From Candidatus Phycocordibacter aenigmaticus (GTDB lineage: Bacteria; Patescibacteriota; Minisyncoccia; Phycocordibacterales; Phycocordibacteraceae): a stretch of DNA of 64,000 bases. The stretch is from positions 547,247 to 611,246 of the forward strand of contig CP174359.1 of the NCBI GenBank assembly GCA_045401115.1. The letters are read 5' to 3'. The translations under genes and the position numbers were made by a program. Of this stretch, positions 10,020 through 18,972 are shown in pieces. The stretch's first letter is position 1. Each line of letters starts with the position of its first letter. Under the pieces are notes generated by a model. It ran no database searches and was not told the DNA's origin. It saw only the letters and a program-made list of their open reading frames with translations.

Positions 10020-10526
10020 TTACGGAATTATCCGCTCATACACAAATTGTTCACCATCTTGGTTACCAATAGTAAACGTATTTGTCGTTACCTCAAATAC
10101 TGCAAATTCTCGTTTTCCGTTTTTATTGCCATCAAAACGCATGAATACAATTGTTGCTGCGCCATCTGGTGATTCTTCTGTGTACAGGTCCCATGCGCCA
10201 CGATCATTTCCTTGTTCAAAAGTACCGTCCGAATTCAAAGTAAGGTTTGAAGCGTCACCGTTGATATGTTCCCACGCAAAACCAGAGATATGAGCGCCCA
10301 TACGATCAAGATCAACCTCTGACTGCTGTCCATCAGCGTTTTCTGTTGCAGCCTGATCGTTGCGTTGAACATTTTGTTGTGGCGTATTATTTAAATTACC
10401 CGCGGTATTTCCTTTAAAAAAATCAATATCATTCTTACTTAGAGCCTGTCCACCAAACCAAAGTCCCACGCCAAGAAAAACGCTTAAAACGCCACCAACG
10501 ATATATGTTATATACTCTTTGTTCAT
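10020..10526 (-). CDS. Membrane-anchored hypothetical protein with small beta-rich (lipocalin-like) C-terminal domain
   Basis: N-terminal TM, low-complexity linker, W...LTLNSDGTF...GAW pattern. Confidence 0.7.
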   Translation of the reverse strand: MNKEYITYIVGGVLSVFLGVGLWFGGQALSKNDIDFFKGNTAGNLNNTPQQNVQRNDQAATENADGQQSEVDLDRMGAHISGFAWEHINGDASNLTLNSDGTFEQGNDRGAWDLYTEESPDGAATIVFMRFDGNKNGKREFAVFEVTTNTFTIGNQDGEQFVYERIIP

Positions 10527-10591
10527 ATGTATATATTAGTATATCAATAAAAGAGATAATATGGGAGTATATCCACCGTCTTAAATAATAC

Positions 10592-11195
10592 GGGGACGCT
10601 TCGCTATCTCACTGCTCGACGTATTCTCGTCTGCGCACATAGAACCCACGGTTCTATGTCGGCCTCGCTTAACTCCTCCACGGGAAAACAACATGTTTTC
10701 CCGACCCCTTTCCGGTTCGATTCTCCACACAAAGCAATTTTTTGTGGGAATCGGCGTCAGGTTCGTAAACAAGTTTTCTTTCTGCTCTCCTTCAAAAATA
10801 CAATATTCTAATAGTATATTGTATTTTATTCACTCGTTTGAAAGTAATTCGTTTTGCCTACCTATCGGCATGAAAACTCATAACGACCTCCTGCCCGGAC
10901 TCGCCGCCCCATTGTGCATAGAACTCAGCACAATGGGGACCCGCAGCTTCGACATTGTTTTGTTACGACTGAAAGGAATTAGAAAACAAGAAGTGCCCTT
11001 GTGGTGCGTCTTTCGATTCCCCGGGGATCGTCCCGGAATAGCGGACTTTTTGCTGCACCCTGCGGGTACAGAAAAAGCTCTCGCTTTCCTGGACGCGGCC
11101 TCGAATGTTTTGCTCCGTGAATTCTCCGCAAAACATATACTCCGGCCGTTCGATTCCCCACGCAAAGCACGCAGGTGCTTTGCTGTAGGGTCACA
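10592..11195. repeat. Tandem hairpin modules each ending in an inverted tRNA T-arm copy, downstream of tRNA-Glu
   Basis: + strand GGTTCGATTCTCC (10714), TTCGATTCCCC (11012), GTTCGATTCCCC (11148) and GTAGGGTCACA (11185), plus many internal hairpins. Confidence 0.6.
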
Positions 11196-11209
11196 GCGAC
11201 ATGTTCTAT

Positions 11210-11240
11210 CAACAAAACCGCCATTCAGGCGGTTTTGTTG
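11210..11240 (-). terminator. Terminator-like hairpin downstream of tRNA-Glu
   Basis: CAACAAAACCGCC-ATTCA-GGCGGTTTTGTTG. Confidence 0.75.
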
Positions 11241-11255
11241 AGAACATCTATGTTG

Positions 11256-11327
11256 TGACCCTACGGGGAATCGAACCCCGATTTTGAGCTTGAGAAGCTC
11301 ACGTCCTAACCGTTAGACGATAGGGCC
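11256..11327 (-). tRNA. tRNA-Glu (anticodon CTC)
   Basis: Reverse complement GGCCCTATCGTCTAACGGTTAGGACGTGAGCTTCTCAAGCTCAAAATCGGGGTTCGATTCCCCGTAGGGTCA; cloverleaf, anticodon loop TTCTCAA, no encoded CCA. Confidence 0.95.
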
Positions 11328-11454
11328 GAAGAATCTGAGGAAAGTACGAAGAAAAAGAAGATGAGGACGACGGAGAAATTGACGACCTTTAGCTTAAGCT
11401 AAAGGGAGAAGATTTCTCCAAGTCCTCGCTGGTTTTTCAAAGTAATTTTCCAGA

Positions 11455-11610
11455 GTCTGAGGCCCTATCGTCGTTTTGCACGATAGGGCCAAAGAATGTT
11501 CTGCGTACACAACGCAGATTTTAAAAGAACGAGGCCCTATCGTCGTCAAAGACGATTCTAAGGCCGAGAAGTCTGAGGCCCGTATTATCGTCAAAGACAA
11601 TCCTAGAGCC
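11455..11610. repeat. Degenerate palindromic copies of the tRNA-Glu 5' arm
   Basis: GGCCCTATCGTC at 11461 and 11533, ACGATAGGGCC at 11480, decayed third copy from about 11577. Confidence 0.7.
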
Positions 11611-11688
11611 GTTCAAAGAATATAGCATTTTGCCTCTGAGGAATAAAGCCTCCTATATAAGACCTGCTGTATGATAGGATTTAATTAT

Positions 11689-12166
11689 ATGAAAAAGAAC
11701 ACTGCCATCGCGGTGCTCGTTACTCTTTCTCTTGGTGCCGGATTATGGGTGCATTTTTTAAATCAGAGACATACCAATTAAAACAAAGACACCTCCAACA
11801 CCGCGTTTAGCGTGGATAGCGCACACCACACAAGAACCTGATGTACATCAAGCAGGTAATGGTTTAGTGGGTTTCTGGCAGAGTCTTGATGATACGCATC
11901 TTACTATTGAATACCTTCCTGATGGCACACTCTATGAATACTATCGAGGAGCGCTTCACCAAAAAACTTCATGGAAATTTGTAACTCGTAGAAAGGGCGA
12001 TAACCACGCCATACTCTATTTAAAAACATCAAAAAAACTGTACGGGACCAAGCAAGACGCCTCTGAATACTTACTTATAAAACTTACTGACACAGAGCTA
12101 GTGCTCGATTTTTTTGATCGAAGTAATAAATTACGGTACAAACGCCCTAACACAATAGAAAACTAA
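11689..12166 (+). pseudogene. Frameshifted membrane-anchored hypothetical protein (or sequencing indel)
   Basis: MKKNTAIAVLVTLSLGAGLWVHFL stops at 11781; removing one A near 11760-11762 joins it to the open frame ending at 12166. Confidence 0.55.
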
Positions 12167-13458
12167 CGAATAAGCCACTCAGGGTCTTGGCGCGCTAATA
12201 ACTCTTCTGCCATAGCGGGATTTTTCATTAATTTCTTAGTCACATGCTCCATGCGCATACTTTGTGACCCTTTAATAAGTACAGTATCGCCTGAACTTAA
12301 TTCTTTACGAAGAAAAGCAATTGCTTCGCTTCTTTTTTCAAACATATGGATACAGGAATCGGGCATACCTGCCTGCGCCGCACCTTCAGCAATATGGCGC
12401 GCGCGGACACCCACAACTACAAGCATATCGCTTAAGTCATGTGCCAATATACCGATTTTTTTATGTTCTTCTTTTGAGTATGAACCGAGTTCAAGCATGT
12501 CACTGAGTACCGCAATGCGCTTCCCTTCTGTGGGCACGCTCTGGAGAGTATGCAGAGCCTTCTCAGTAGCTGTTGGAGACGCATTATAGGTATCATCAAT
12601 AATTAAACCTCCATACGAACCGTCAATTAACCGTAAACGCCCTGGCGGTGGGTTATATGCCTCTTTCACGCTTTCAAGCACGCTAAAAGGTGCACCAGCA
12701 GCCATAGCCCCAGCAATACCGGCAAGTATTGCATACACGTGTGTCTCCCCAATTATTCCATCAACAGAAATAGGAAGTGTCTCTTCTTTATAGTGTACGG
12801 AAAAAGAAATACCCGCGGCAGTGCCTTGTGAGGTGCGGACACGATACCGGGTTGCACGTATATCAGCATCTTTTGAAAACCCATAACTGATACGACGAAT
12901 CCCTTCTTTAAGAGGATACACACGTGAACGCTCATCATCACTATTTATGACCGCAACCCCTCCTTCAGTGAGTTGCGTCAATGGAAAAATTTCCTCTTCA
13001 AACACTGCTTCGGGAGAAGTATAGAACTCAACATGTACCGGCATTTCTGGAAAACGCGTAGTTACTACAATATCTGGTTTAAGCCAAGAAAGTGATTTTG
13101 AAATATCACCTGGACGATCTGCTCCAACCTCAAGGACCAACCACTGTGGGTATGGCATACGAATGATTAACAACAAAAAACCATCAATAATATTTTGCAT
13201 CCACTGTATCGGATTGGTCCATCCATTTGGAACACCTAATACTGTCAGTGGGACCCCAATGTCAGCGTTAAAACTTTTTTCACTTTTACGTACAAAAGCA
13301 TGCTGAGAGAGTGTTGAATAAATCGCGTCTTTTGACGACGTCTTCCCTACTGAACCAGTTACTACAATAATCTTTGGCCGGTATCGTTTTAATACGGCAC
13401 GTGCTTCAAGAGCTAAAATAAACACGACTATATCTCTAATGGTTTCTTTAATATTCAT
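12163..13458 (-). CDS. murF: UDP-N-acetylmuramoyl-tripeptide--D-Ala-D-Ala ligase
   Basis: VTGSVGKTSSK, SFNADIGVPLT, PPGRL, IDDTYNASP, DMLELG, LIKGSQSMRME. Confidence 0.93.
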   Translation of the reverse strand: MNIKETIRDIVVFILALEARAVLKRYRPKIIVVTGSVGKTSSKDAIYSTLSQHAFVRKSEKSFNADIGVPLTVLGVPNGWTNPIQWMQNIIDGFLLLIIRMPYPQWLVLEVGADRPGDISKSLSWLKPDIVVTTRFPEMPVHVEFYTSPEAVFEEEIFPLTQLTEGGVAVINSDDERSRVYPLKEGIRRISYGFSKDADIRATRYRVRTSQGTAAGISFSVHYKEETLPISVDGIIGETHVYAILAGIAGAMAAGAPFSVLESVKEAYNPPPGRLRLIDGSYGGLIIDDTYNASPTATEKALHTLQSVPTEGKRIAVLSDMLELGSYSKEEHKKIGILAHDLSDMLVVVGVRARHIAEGAAQAGMPDSCIHMFEKRSEAIAFLRKELSSGDTVLIKGSQSMRMEHVTKKLMKNPAMAEELLARQDPEWLIR

Positions 13459-13459
13459 A

Positions 13460-15214
13460 TCACTCAGATGTTGTTGATAGTGGGGTTACTCCTTGGGCAG
13501 GTAATCGGTCTGGTTGAATACTGTAATACGAAGTAAGGAAATGCACACCTTCCATAAACGGAGTAGTCCACGTTTCTGATGCATACCGTGCTCCTTGTGG
13601 TTCTACTGCGTAAAAGAAAAGAAAGAATTGCGGGTCATACGCCGGGAAGTACCCGAAAAAAGAATGCAGGTACCGATCATCATAGTAACCACGCTCACCT
13701 TTTTGTGCAATTTGAGCTGTCCCCGTTTTTGCTGCAATAGACATTTCTGGAATCTTTACTGTTCCATCACGCAGTGCTGTATCTACCACTTCGACAAGCA
13801 TACGCGTTATGGTTTCATTTGTCTCTTCTGAAATAGCGCTTGTTCCTGGTTTTGGAATATTTTTTTTATTTAACAATCCAGGATATTCAAATTCAACAGC
13901 AATATGCGGAGTAGGAACAATCCCGTTATTAGCAAGTGTCGCCAGTGAACGCGCCATGGCAATTGGAGTAACCGCAATACCTTGTCCAAATGAAGCAGTT
14001 ACATATTCGATAGTTCGTGGACTTCCTAGATTGGCAACAAGTGGTGTTGCTTCGTTTGGTAAATCAATACCGGTTTTCTTATCAATGGCAAATGCATCAA
14101 AATAATCGCTAAACTGTTTAGTGCCTAATTCTTCAACAATAAAAGCAACACCGGTATTCAGCGACTGGTTCAACACTTCTTGCATCGACACCACCCCTCG
14201 CGCTTTTCCATCATAGTTTGCAATACGTGCAGTGTCATAAACTGCTGAACCTTTGTCGTTATACGTTGTTTCTGGAGTAATGACTCCTGCGTCAAGTCCT
14301 GCCGCAACAGTAAGTGGCTTCACGATAGAACCAAACTCATATACATTTTCCACTAACGGGTTTGCAAACGTACTAGGATCAGCCTCAGCGATCTTGTTCG
14401 GATCAAATACAGGAAGTGCTGATAAGGCAACTACTTCACCAGTTGATGGATCAAGTATAATTGCGCCCACTTCACGTGGATTCCATTCTTCTTTGTATCG
14501 CGTTACTAAATCTTCTAAAAAGAATTGCACTGTCGGTTCAATACCGGTTACGACATTAGCACCTGGTTGCGTTGTGTCATTTAAAATACTTGTTCGAATC
14601 CCTGCAAAAACATCAGCAAAAAAATTAATATAAAGTCCAGTATTTGGTTTTGTAAGTATATCGTCATAGAAACGTTCTAATCCATATTGCCCAGAGAGTT
14701 CATTACTTGAACCGTAACCAATAAATCCTACTGTGTGCGCTGCTGCTTTTCCCGCCGGATATGTTCGCCACTGCTGACGATATAATCGCACTCCGGGGAT
14801 TTCTTGTGCGATAAGTTCTCGACCCACCTCAAGTGGCACACGGTGTTTTATCTCTTCATATGGGTCGTCTTTTTTAGCCGTTTTTATAAAAAATTCCTCT
14901 GAATCAATATCAATATATTCACTGAGCGATGCATATACTTCGGCGGGATAATCTATCTCTCCTGGTATGATTGCTAAAATAAATCCTGAATCAAGCGTTG
15001 CGGCACCAAACGGCACTCCGTGACGAGGTGAGAAAAAGATAGAGCCTCGGTCAAAATAATTAGCACTTGGTGTACTGTACTGCCCTTCCGCTCTTAAACG
15101 AAAGGAGTCTCCGTGTACCACCTGAAGCGTATAAAGCCGAACTAATAAGATAATTGAAAGTATGATTAAAACCGCCGCAATAATACGTATACGTCCAACA
15201 AATTGTTTTCTCAT
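13460..15214 (-). CDS. ftsI: Class B penicillin-binding protein (FtsI/PBP3-like)
   Basis: N-terminal TM, RGSI, SxxK (GSIVK), SxN (SLN), KTGTAQ; in mraZ-rsmH cluster. Confidence 0.88.
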   Translation of the reverse strand: MRKQFVGRIRIIAAVLIILSIILLVRLYTLQVVHGDSFRLRAEGQYSTPSANYFDRGSIFFSPRHGVPFGAATLDSGFILAIIPGEIDYPAEVYASLSEYIDIDSEEFFIKTAKKDDPYEEIKHRVPLEVGRELIAQEIPGVRLYRQQWRTYPAGKAAAHTVGFIGYGSSNELSGQYGLERFYDDILTKPNTGLYINFFADVFAGIRTSILNDTTQPGANVVTGIEPTVQFFLEDLVTRYKEEWNPREVGAIILDPSTGEVVALSALPVFDPNKIAEADPSTFANPLVENVYEFGSIVKPLTVAAGLDAGVITPETTYNDKGSAVYDTARIANYDGKARGVVSMQEVLNQSLNTGVAFIVEELGTKQFSDYFDAFAIDKKTGIDLPNEATPLVANLGSPRTIEYVTASFGQGIAVTPIAMARSLATLANNGIVPTPHIAVEFEYPGLLNKKNIPKPGTSAISEETNETITRMLVEVVDTALRDGTVKIPEMSIAAKTGTAQIAQKGERGYYDDRYLHSFFGYFPAYDPQFFLFFYAVEPQGARYASETWTTPFMEGVHFLTSYYSIQPDRLPAQGVTPLSTTSE

Positions 15215-15230
15215 GCCCTCCTATTGTACG

Positions 15231-15545
15231 CTATCTACTGTCACGAAACGTAAACGTACGGCGTTCTACAAAAGTACTTGAGTATGTAGGGACAAGTCCA
15301 AAAGCAATAGCATTTTGTTGCGTGATGGCAATAGAGCGGGTCATATATTCACGTTCAAGTTGTGCTACATTCTCAGTTAGGTTTATTGTTTTATATGCAA
15401 ATTCTTCACGAGTTACCACATGTGCCACTGATGCGGTAATAAAATACGTATACAAAAGAGCGATACCAATAAGTAACGCGCCAACCGCTAAACACACCTT
15501 CTTTTCAAGATCAAAATCTATTTCATGTGTACGTGTGTGTGTCAT
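15231..15545 (-). CDS. FtsL-like cell division protein
   Basis: Single TM plus coiled coil, located between rsmH and ftsI. Confidence 0.6.
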   Translation of the reverse strand: MTHTRTHEIDFDLEKKVCLAVGALLIGIALLYTYFITASVAHVVTREEFAYKTINLTENVAQLEREYMTRSIAITQQNAIAFGLVPTYSSTFVERRTFTFRDSR

Positions 15546-16438
15546 AGTTTTTCAATAATTCTAAGTTTTGCACTACGGGCGCGGGGGTTATTTTTTATCT
15601 CCTCTGCCTGTGGTGTAATTGGTTTTTTAGTAATACGAACGGCAACGCCGTTATCTTCGAATGTTCGAAACTGTCTTTTTACTAACCCGTCTTCAAGACT
15701 ATGGAACGTAATAACTGCGATACGTCCTCCTGAGCGAACCATATCAAGTGCCTTTGGTAATACCTCGACAATACTTGAGAGCTCATCGTTTACCATCATA
15801 CGGAGTGCTTGAAATGTTTTTGTCGCCGGATTGATTTTCCCTTTGCGATAAAACATAGGCACAGATTCGGTGATGATATCGGCAAGTTGTACTGAATGCG
15901 TAATCGGAGCTGTTCTTCGTGCAGTAATAATTGCTTGAGCAATACGTCCTGCAAATCGCTCTTCTCCAAGTGTATGGATCATCTCTTTTAGATCATCCTC
16001 ACTCCATTCATTAACAATAGTTTCTGCAGTAACCTGCTCATCGTCAGTATCAACCGCGTAGGTCATGCGGAGCGGTTCGTCGGCTTTAAAGCTAAATCCC
16101 CTTCCTGAAATAAGTTGAGTGCTATTCCACCCAAGATCAAAGAGGATGCCATCAACAGTCTTTATGCCGGCCTTGTCTGCATGCTGATCAATATCTCGAA
16201 AATTACCGAGTGCAAAACACATCTGAGGTAAATCGGCGAGATGTCGCTGTGCGTTCATAAGCGCACCTTTATCAGCATCAATACCAAGTACTTTTCCTTG
16301 TGGTCCTACATGCTCAGCAAGAAGCGCGCTATGTCCACCAAGACCGAGTGTTGCGTCAATGATGGTGTCGCCTTGAGATATATTAAGACCAAGAACAGAT
16401 TCGTGTAAAAGAACAGTAGTGTGCGTATCGTTTTTCAT
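15542..16438 (-). CDS. rsmH: 16S rRNA m4C1402 methyltransferase
   Basis: HTTVLL, DATLGLGGHS, DLGWNS, TKTFQALR, ITFHSLED, NPRARSAKLR. Confidence 0.96.
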   Translation of the reverse strand: MKNDTHTTVLLHESVLGLNISQGDTIIDATLGLGGHSALLAEHVGPQGKVLGIDADKGALMNAQRHLADLPQMCFALGNFRDIDQHADKAGIKTVDGILFDLGWNSTQLISGRGFSFKADEPLRMTYAVDTDDEQVTAETIVNEWSEDDLKEMIHTLGEERFAGRIAQAIITARRTAPITHSVQLADIITESVPMFYRKGKINPATKTFQALRMMVNDELSSIVEVLPKALDMVRSGGRIAVITFHSLEDGLVKRQFRTFEDNGVAVRITKKPITPQAEEIKNNPRARSAKLRIIEKL

Positions 16439-16442
16439 GGAA

Positions 16443-16877
16443 TTAGATGACACCTATTTCGCCAAGTTTTTGGGCGATGGCATCTCCTTGAGATTCAATA
16501 GTTGTTTTATATTCTTCCCAACGTTTTTCATCCCAAATCTCAATACGATCGTTGACACCGGCGAGAACCACTTTACTTTCGAGACCCGCAAACCCCTTGA
16601 GGAACTCAGGAAGTAAAATACGTCCCGCCGAATCAACGTCGACTTCAACAGCGCCAGAGAGCATAAAACGATTAAAGCTCCTTGATTCCGCTGAGCCAAA
16701 TGAGAGCTCGCTAAACTTATTGACGAGCTTTTTCCATGAAGCAGGTGAAAAGACAAAGAGACATTGGTCAAGGCCACGTGTAACAATTACCGTCCCCCCA
16801 AGTTCTTTACGAAACTTAACAGGAAGCGACAAGCGCTTTTTCGGATCGATAGTATGTACATATTCGCCAATTAACAT
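16443..16877 (-). CDS. mraZ: Division/cell wall cluster transcriptional repressor MraZ
   Basis: MLIGEYVHTIDPKKRLSLP, TRGLDQCL, DSAGRILLP, RIEIWD. Confidence 0.96.
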   Translation of the reverse strand: MLIGEYVHTIDPKKRLSLPVKFRKELGGTVIVTRGLDQCLFVFSPASWKKLVNKFSELSFGSAESRSFNRFMLSGAVEVDVDSAGRILLPEFLKGFAGLESKVVLAGVNDRIEIWDEKRWEEYKTTIESQGDAIAQKLGEIGVI

Positions 16878-16879
16878 AT

Positions 16880-16947
16880 TTCCCACTTTGTCCCACCTAC
16901 TTACAATTATATGACACTATCCCCCACTTCATAGTTTCTTATCCACA
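16880..16947 (-). promoter_or_regulatory. MraZ operator repeats and a perfect DnaA box
   Basis: GTGGG repeats (+ strand CCCAC at 16882, 16892, 16923; about 10-nt phase); TTATCCACA at 16939-16947. Confidence 0.7.
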
Positions 16948-16952
16948 CAACA

Positions 16953-16980
16953 TTAAAACCACTCATTAGAGTGGTTTTAA
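16953..16980. terminator. Hairpin/terminator
   Basis: TTAAAACCACTC-ATTA-GAGTGGTTTTAA. Confidence 0.6.
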
Positions 16981-17009
16981 GAAAAGTAGCTCTACCCCTA
17001 TATAAAAGG

Positions 17010-17219
17010 TTATTTCTTGGGAGTCATTGCCCAATACACTAACGGAAGAGCGAGAATCAAAAAAGAAACAAAGAGTCCCGCCTCATCAAAACCAAAACCA
17101 TCATCAACGCCATCTTCAACGCGTCGTTTAAAGAAATCAGCAGACAGTATACCGCCGCCAAAATACGCTGCTATCGCAAGGTTTCTATAAAAATTATTCT
17201 GTGGCGGACGTTCACTCAT
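17010..17219 (-). CDS. Small two-TM hypothetical protein
   Basis: 69 aa with two hydrophobic segments; TTGACA-17-CATAAT promoter directly before ATG. Confidence 0.65.
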   Translation of the reverse strand: MSERPPQNNFYRNLAIAAYFGGGILSADFFKRRVEDGVDDGFGFDEAGLFVSFLILALPLVYWAMTPKK

Positions 17220-17266
17220 GACAATATTATGTAATATTTATATAATATTGTCAAATATCTGATTGA

Positions 17267-18736
17267 TTACCCCTCTTCAGAACGAGGGCGCATAAGGGGA
17301 AAGATTTGCGTCTCACGAATTGGTTTATCAGCAAGAAAACTGAAGAGTCGCTCCGATACACCAAAACCAAATGTTGGCGGCATACCATACTCCAAAGCCT
17401 CTACATAGTCGTAGTCGGCCATCTGTGCTTCTTCATCCCCCGCGTCACGTAATGCCTGTTGCGCTTTAAAGCGCTCTAACTGATCCTGCGGATCATTAAG
17501 TTCATTAAACCCTTTACCAAGTTCACTGCCACCAATTAATATTTGAAATCGGTCAACAACACGCGGATCATCTGCATTTTTCTTAGCAAGTGGTTCAAGA
17601 TAGACCGGCATACCAGTAAGCACCGCTGGGCCGGCAATGGTTTTACGAATAGTCTTCCAAAGCATATCAACCCCACGTCCCACATCGAGTGTATCGTCGT
17701 ATGCGATACCTTCAGTATCAAGATGTTTTTTTATTTCTTCTAATGAGACATCACGCGGGTCAAAGCCATATTTATTTTGTAAGAGCTCATTAAAATCAAG
17801 TCGGTCCCACTCACGGCCAAGGTCAACCTCGTGACCATGGATAGTGAATTGGAGGGTACCAAATGTTTCCTGCGCTACTGTGCGGTAAAGTTCAATAAGC
17901 ATCGGTACACCGGTGCGCCCATCTTGATACGACTCATAAAATTCAAACGACGTATAATCTTGCGCATGTTCATAGCTCATCCCTTCGTTGCGGAAAATGC
18001 GCCCAATCTCAAATGTCTTAGGAAGACCACCAAGCATAAGCTTTTTTTGCCATAACTCTCCTACCGAAATACGTAGGAACACATCAATATCAAGCGCGTT
18101 GTGGTGGGTAATAAATGGTCTTGCTTCTGCTCCCCCAGTTTTTGTTTCAAGTATCGGTGTTTCAACCTCAATGAAATCTCTGTTTAACATAAATGAACGA
18201 ATAGTGTTCCAAAAGATGGAGCGTTTTTTAATAAGGTCAGCAACCTCCGGATTCAAAAGCATGTCTAAGTAACGCTTACGATATCGTTCATCCTCGTCTT
18301 TCAGTCCAAACCATTCATCAGGCACTGGGCGGATACTTTTTGCAAGCATGCGCCACGTATCTACCGCAAGTGATTCAACTCCCCGTTTGGTGGTAAATGG
18401 TTTACCTGTTACTTCTATAAAGTCACTCGTATCAACTACTTCGAGGAAGAAATTGAAATGAGCCTCGTCCATATCATCCTTTTTCAGAACTGCCTGAGCG
18501 CGCGTGGTGCCATCAAATATATCAAGAAAGATAATACCGCCTTGGTCACGAAATGACATGATTCTCCCGGCAAGGGTAAGTGTCTCTCCCGCGCTGTTGA
18601 GTGATTCGAATGAATCTAGAAACTCGGCGTTAGTGTGTGTGCGGTATGACTCCGCTGGATAAGGGTCCATTCCCTGCTCTTTTAAGAGCTCAATTTTCTT
18701 CAATCGTTCGTTTCGAATGTCATCAAGACTGGACAT
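17267..18736 (-). CDS. lysS: Lysine--tRNA ligase (class II)
   Basis: YRKRYLD, GGAEARPF, FEIGRIFRNEG, ALEYGMPPTFGFG. Confidence 0.97.
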   Translation of the reverse strand: MSSLDDIRNERLKKIELLKEQGMDPYPAESYRTHTNAEFLDSFESLNSAGETLTLAGRIMSFRDQGGIIFLDIFDGTTRAQAVLKKDDMDEAHFNFFLEVVDTSDFIEVTGKPFTTKRGVESLAVDTWRMLAKSIRPVPDEWFGLKDEDERYRKRYLDMLLNPEVADLIKKRSIFWNTIRSFMLNRDFIEVETPILETKTGGAEARPFITHHNALDIDVFLRISVGELWQKKLMLGGLPKTFEIGRIFRNEGMSYEHAQDYTSFEFYESYQDGRTGVPMLIELYRTVAQETFGTLQFTIHGHEVDLGREWDRLDFNELLQNKYGFDPRDVSLEEIKKHLDTEGIAYDDTLDVGRGVDMLWKTIRKTIAGPAVLTGMPVYLEPLAKKNADDPRVVDRFQILIGGSELGKGFNELNDPQDQLERFKAQQALRDAGDEEAQMADYDYVEALEYGMPPTFGFGVSERLFSFLADKPIRETQIFPLMRPRSEEG

Positions 18737-18844
18737 AGTATTTAGAAATATACCACAGCATTACGTATTTCTTAAAAAGACAATTTGCAAAAAAAAATGA
18801 CATACAAGACACCACAGAGTAGTCATCCAAGGTGTACCACAAAC

Positions 18845-18969
18845 GCAACTGCTCAGAATTGATGCAGTACGAGGCACTGAGGAACGAAAATCCGAGGCGT
18901 ACTTCATACGGTACGACGAGGGTTTGAGTGACGAGGGTAACGAAGTAATGCGCAATTCTGAGCAGTTGC
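18845..18969. mobile_element. 125-nt palindromic MITE/RPE-like element
   Basis: 17-bp perfect terminal inverted repeats GCAACTGCTCAGAATTG/CAATTCTGAGCAGTTGC with central GAGGCGTAC...GTACGACGAGG. Confidence 0.65.
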
Positions 18970-18972
18970 CGC

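Noticed and set aside
10700-11195. Additional intact tRNA genes on the + strand
   Set aside because: Only T-arm/acceptor fragments are present; no D-arm and anticodon arm could be folded at the right spacing
10693-11241. 182-aa ORF and overlapping reverse ORFs in the tRNA-downstream region
   Set aside because: No recognisable motifs; the region is dominated by hairpins and tRNA-derived sequence, so the ORFs are probably incidental
18740-18970. Lysine riboswitch or T-box upstream of lysS
   Set aside because: No T-box consensus or L-box architecture seen; the structure is better explained by a terminal-inverted-repeat element
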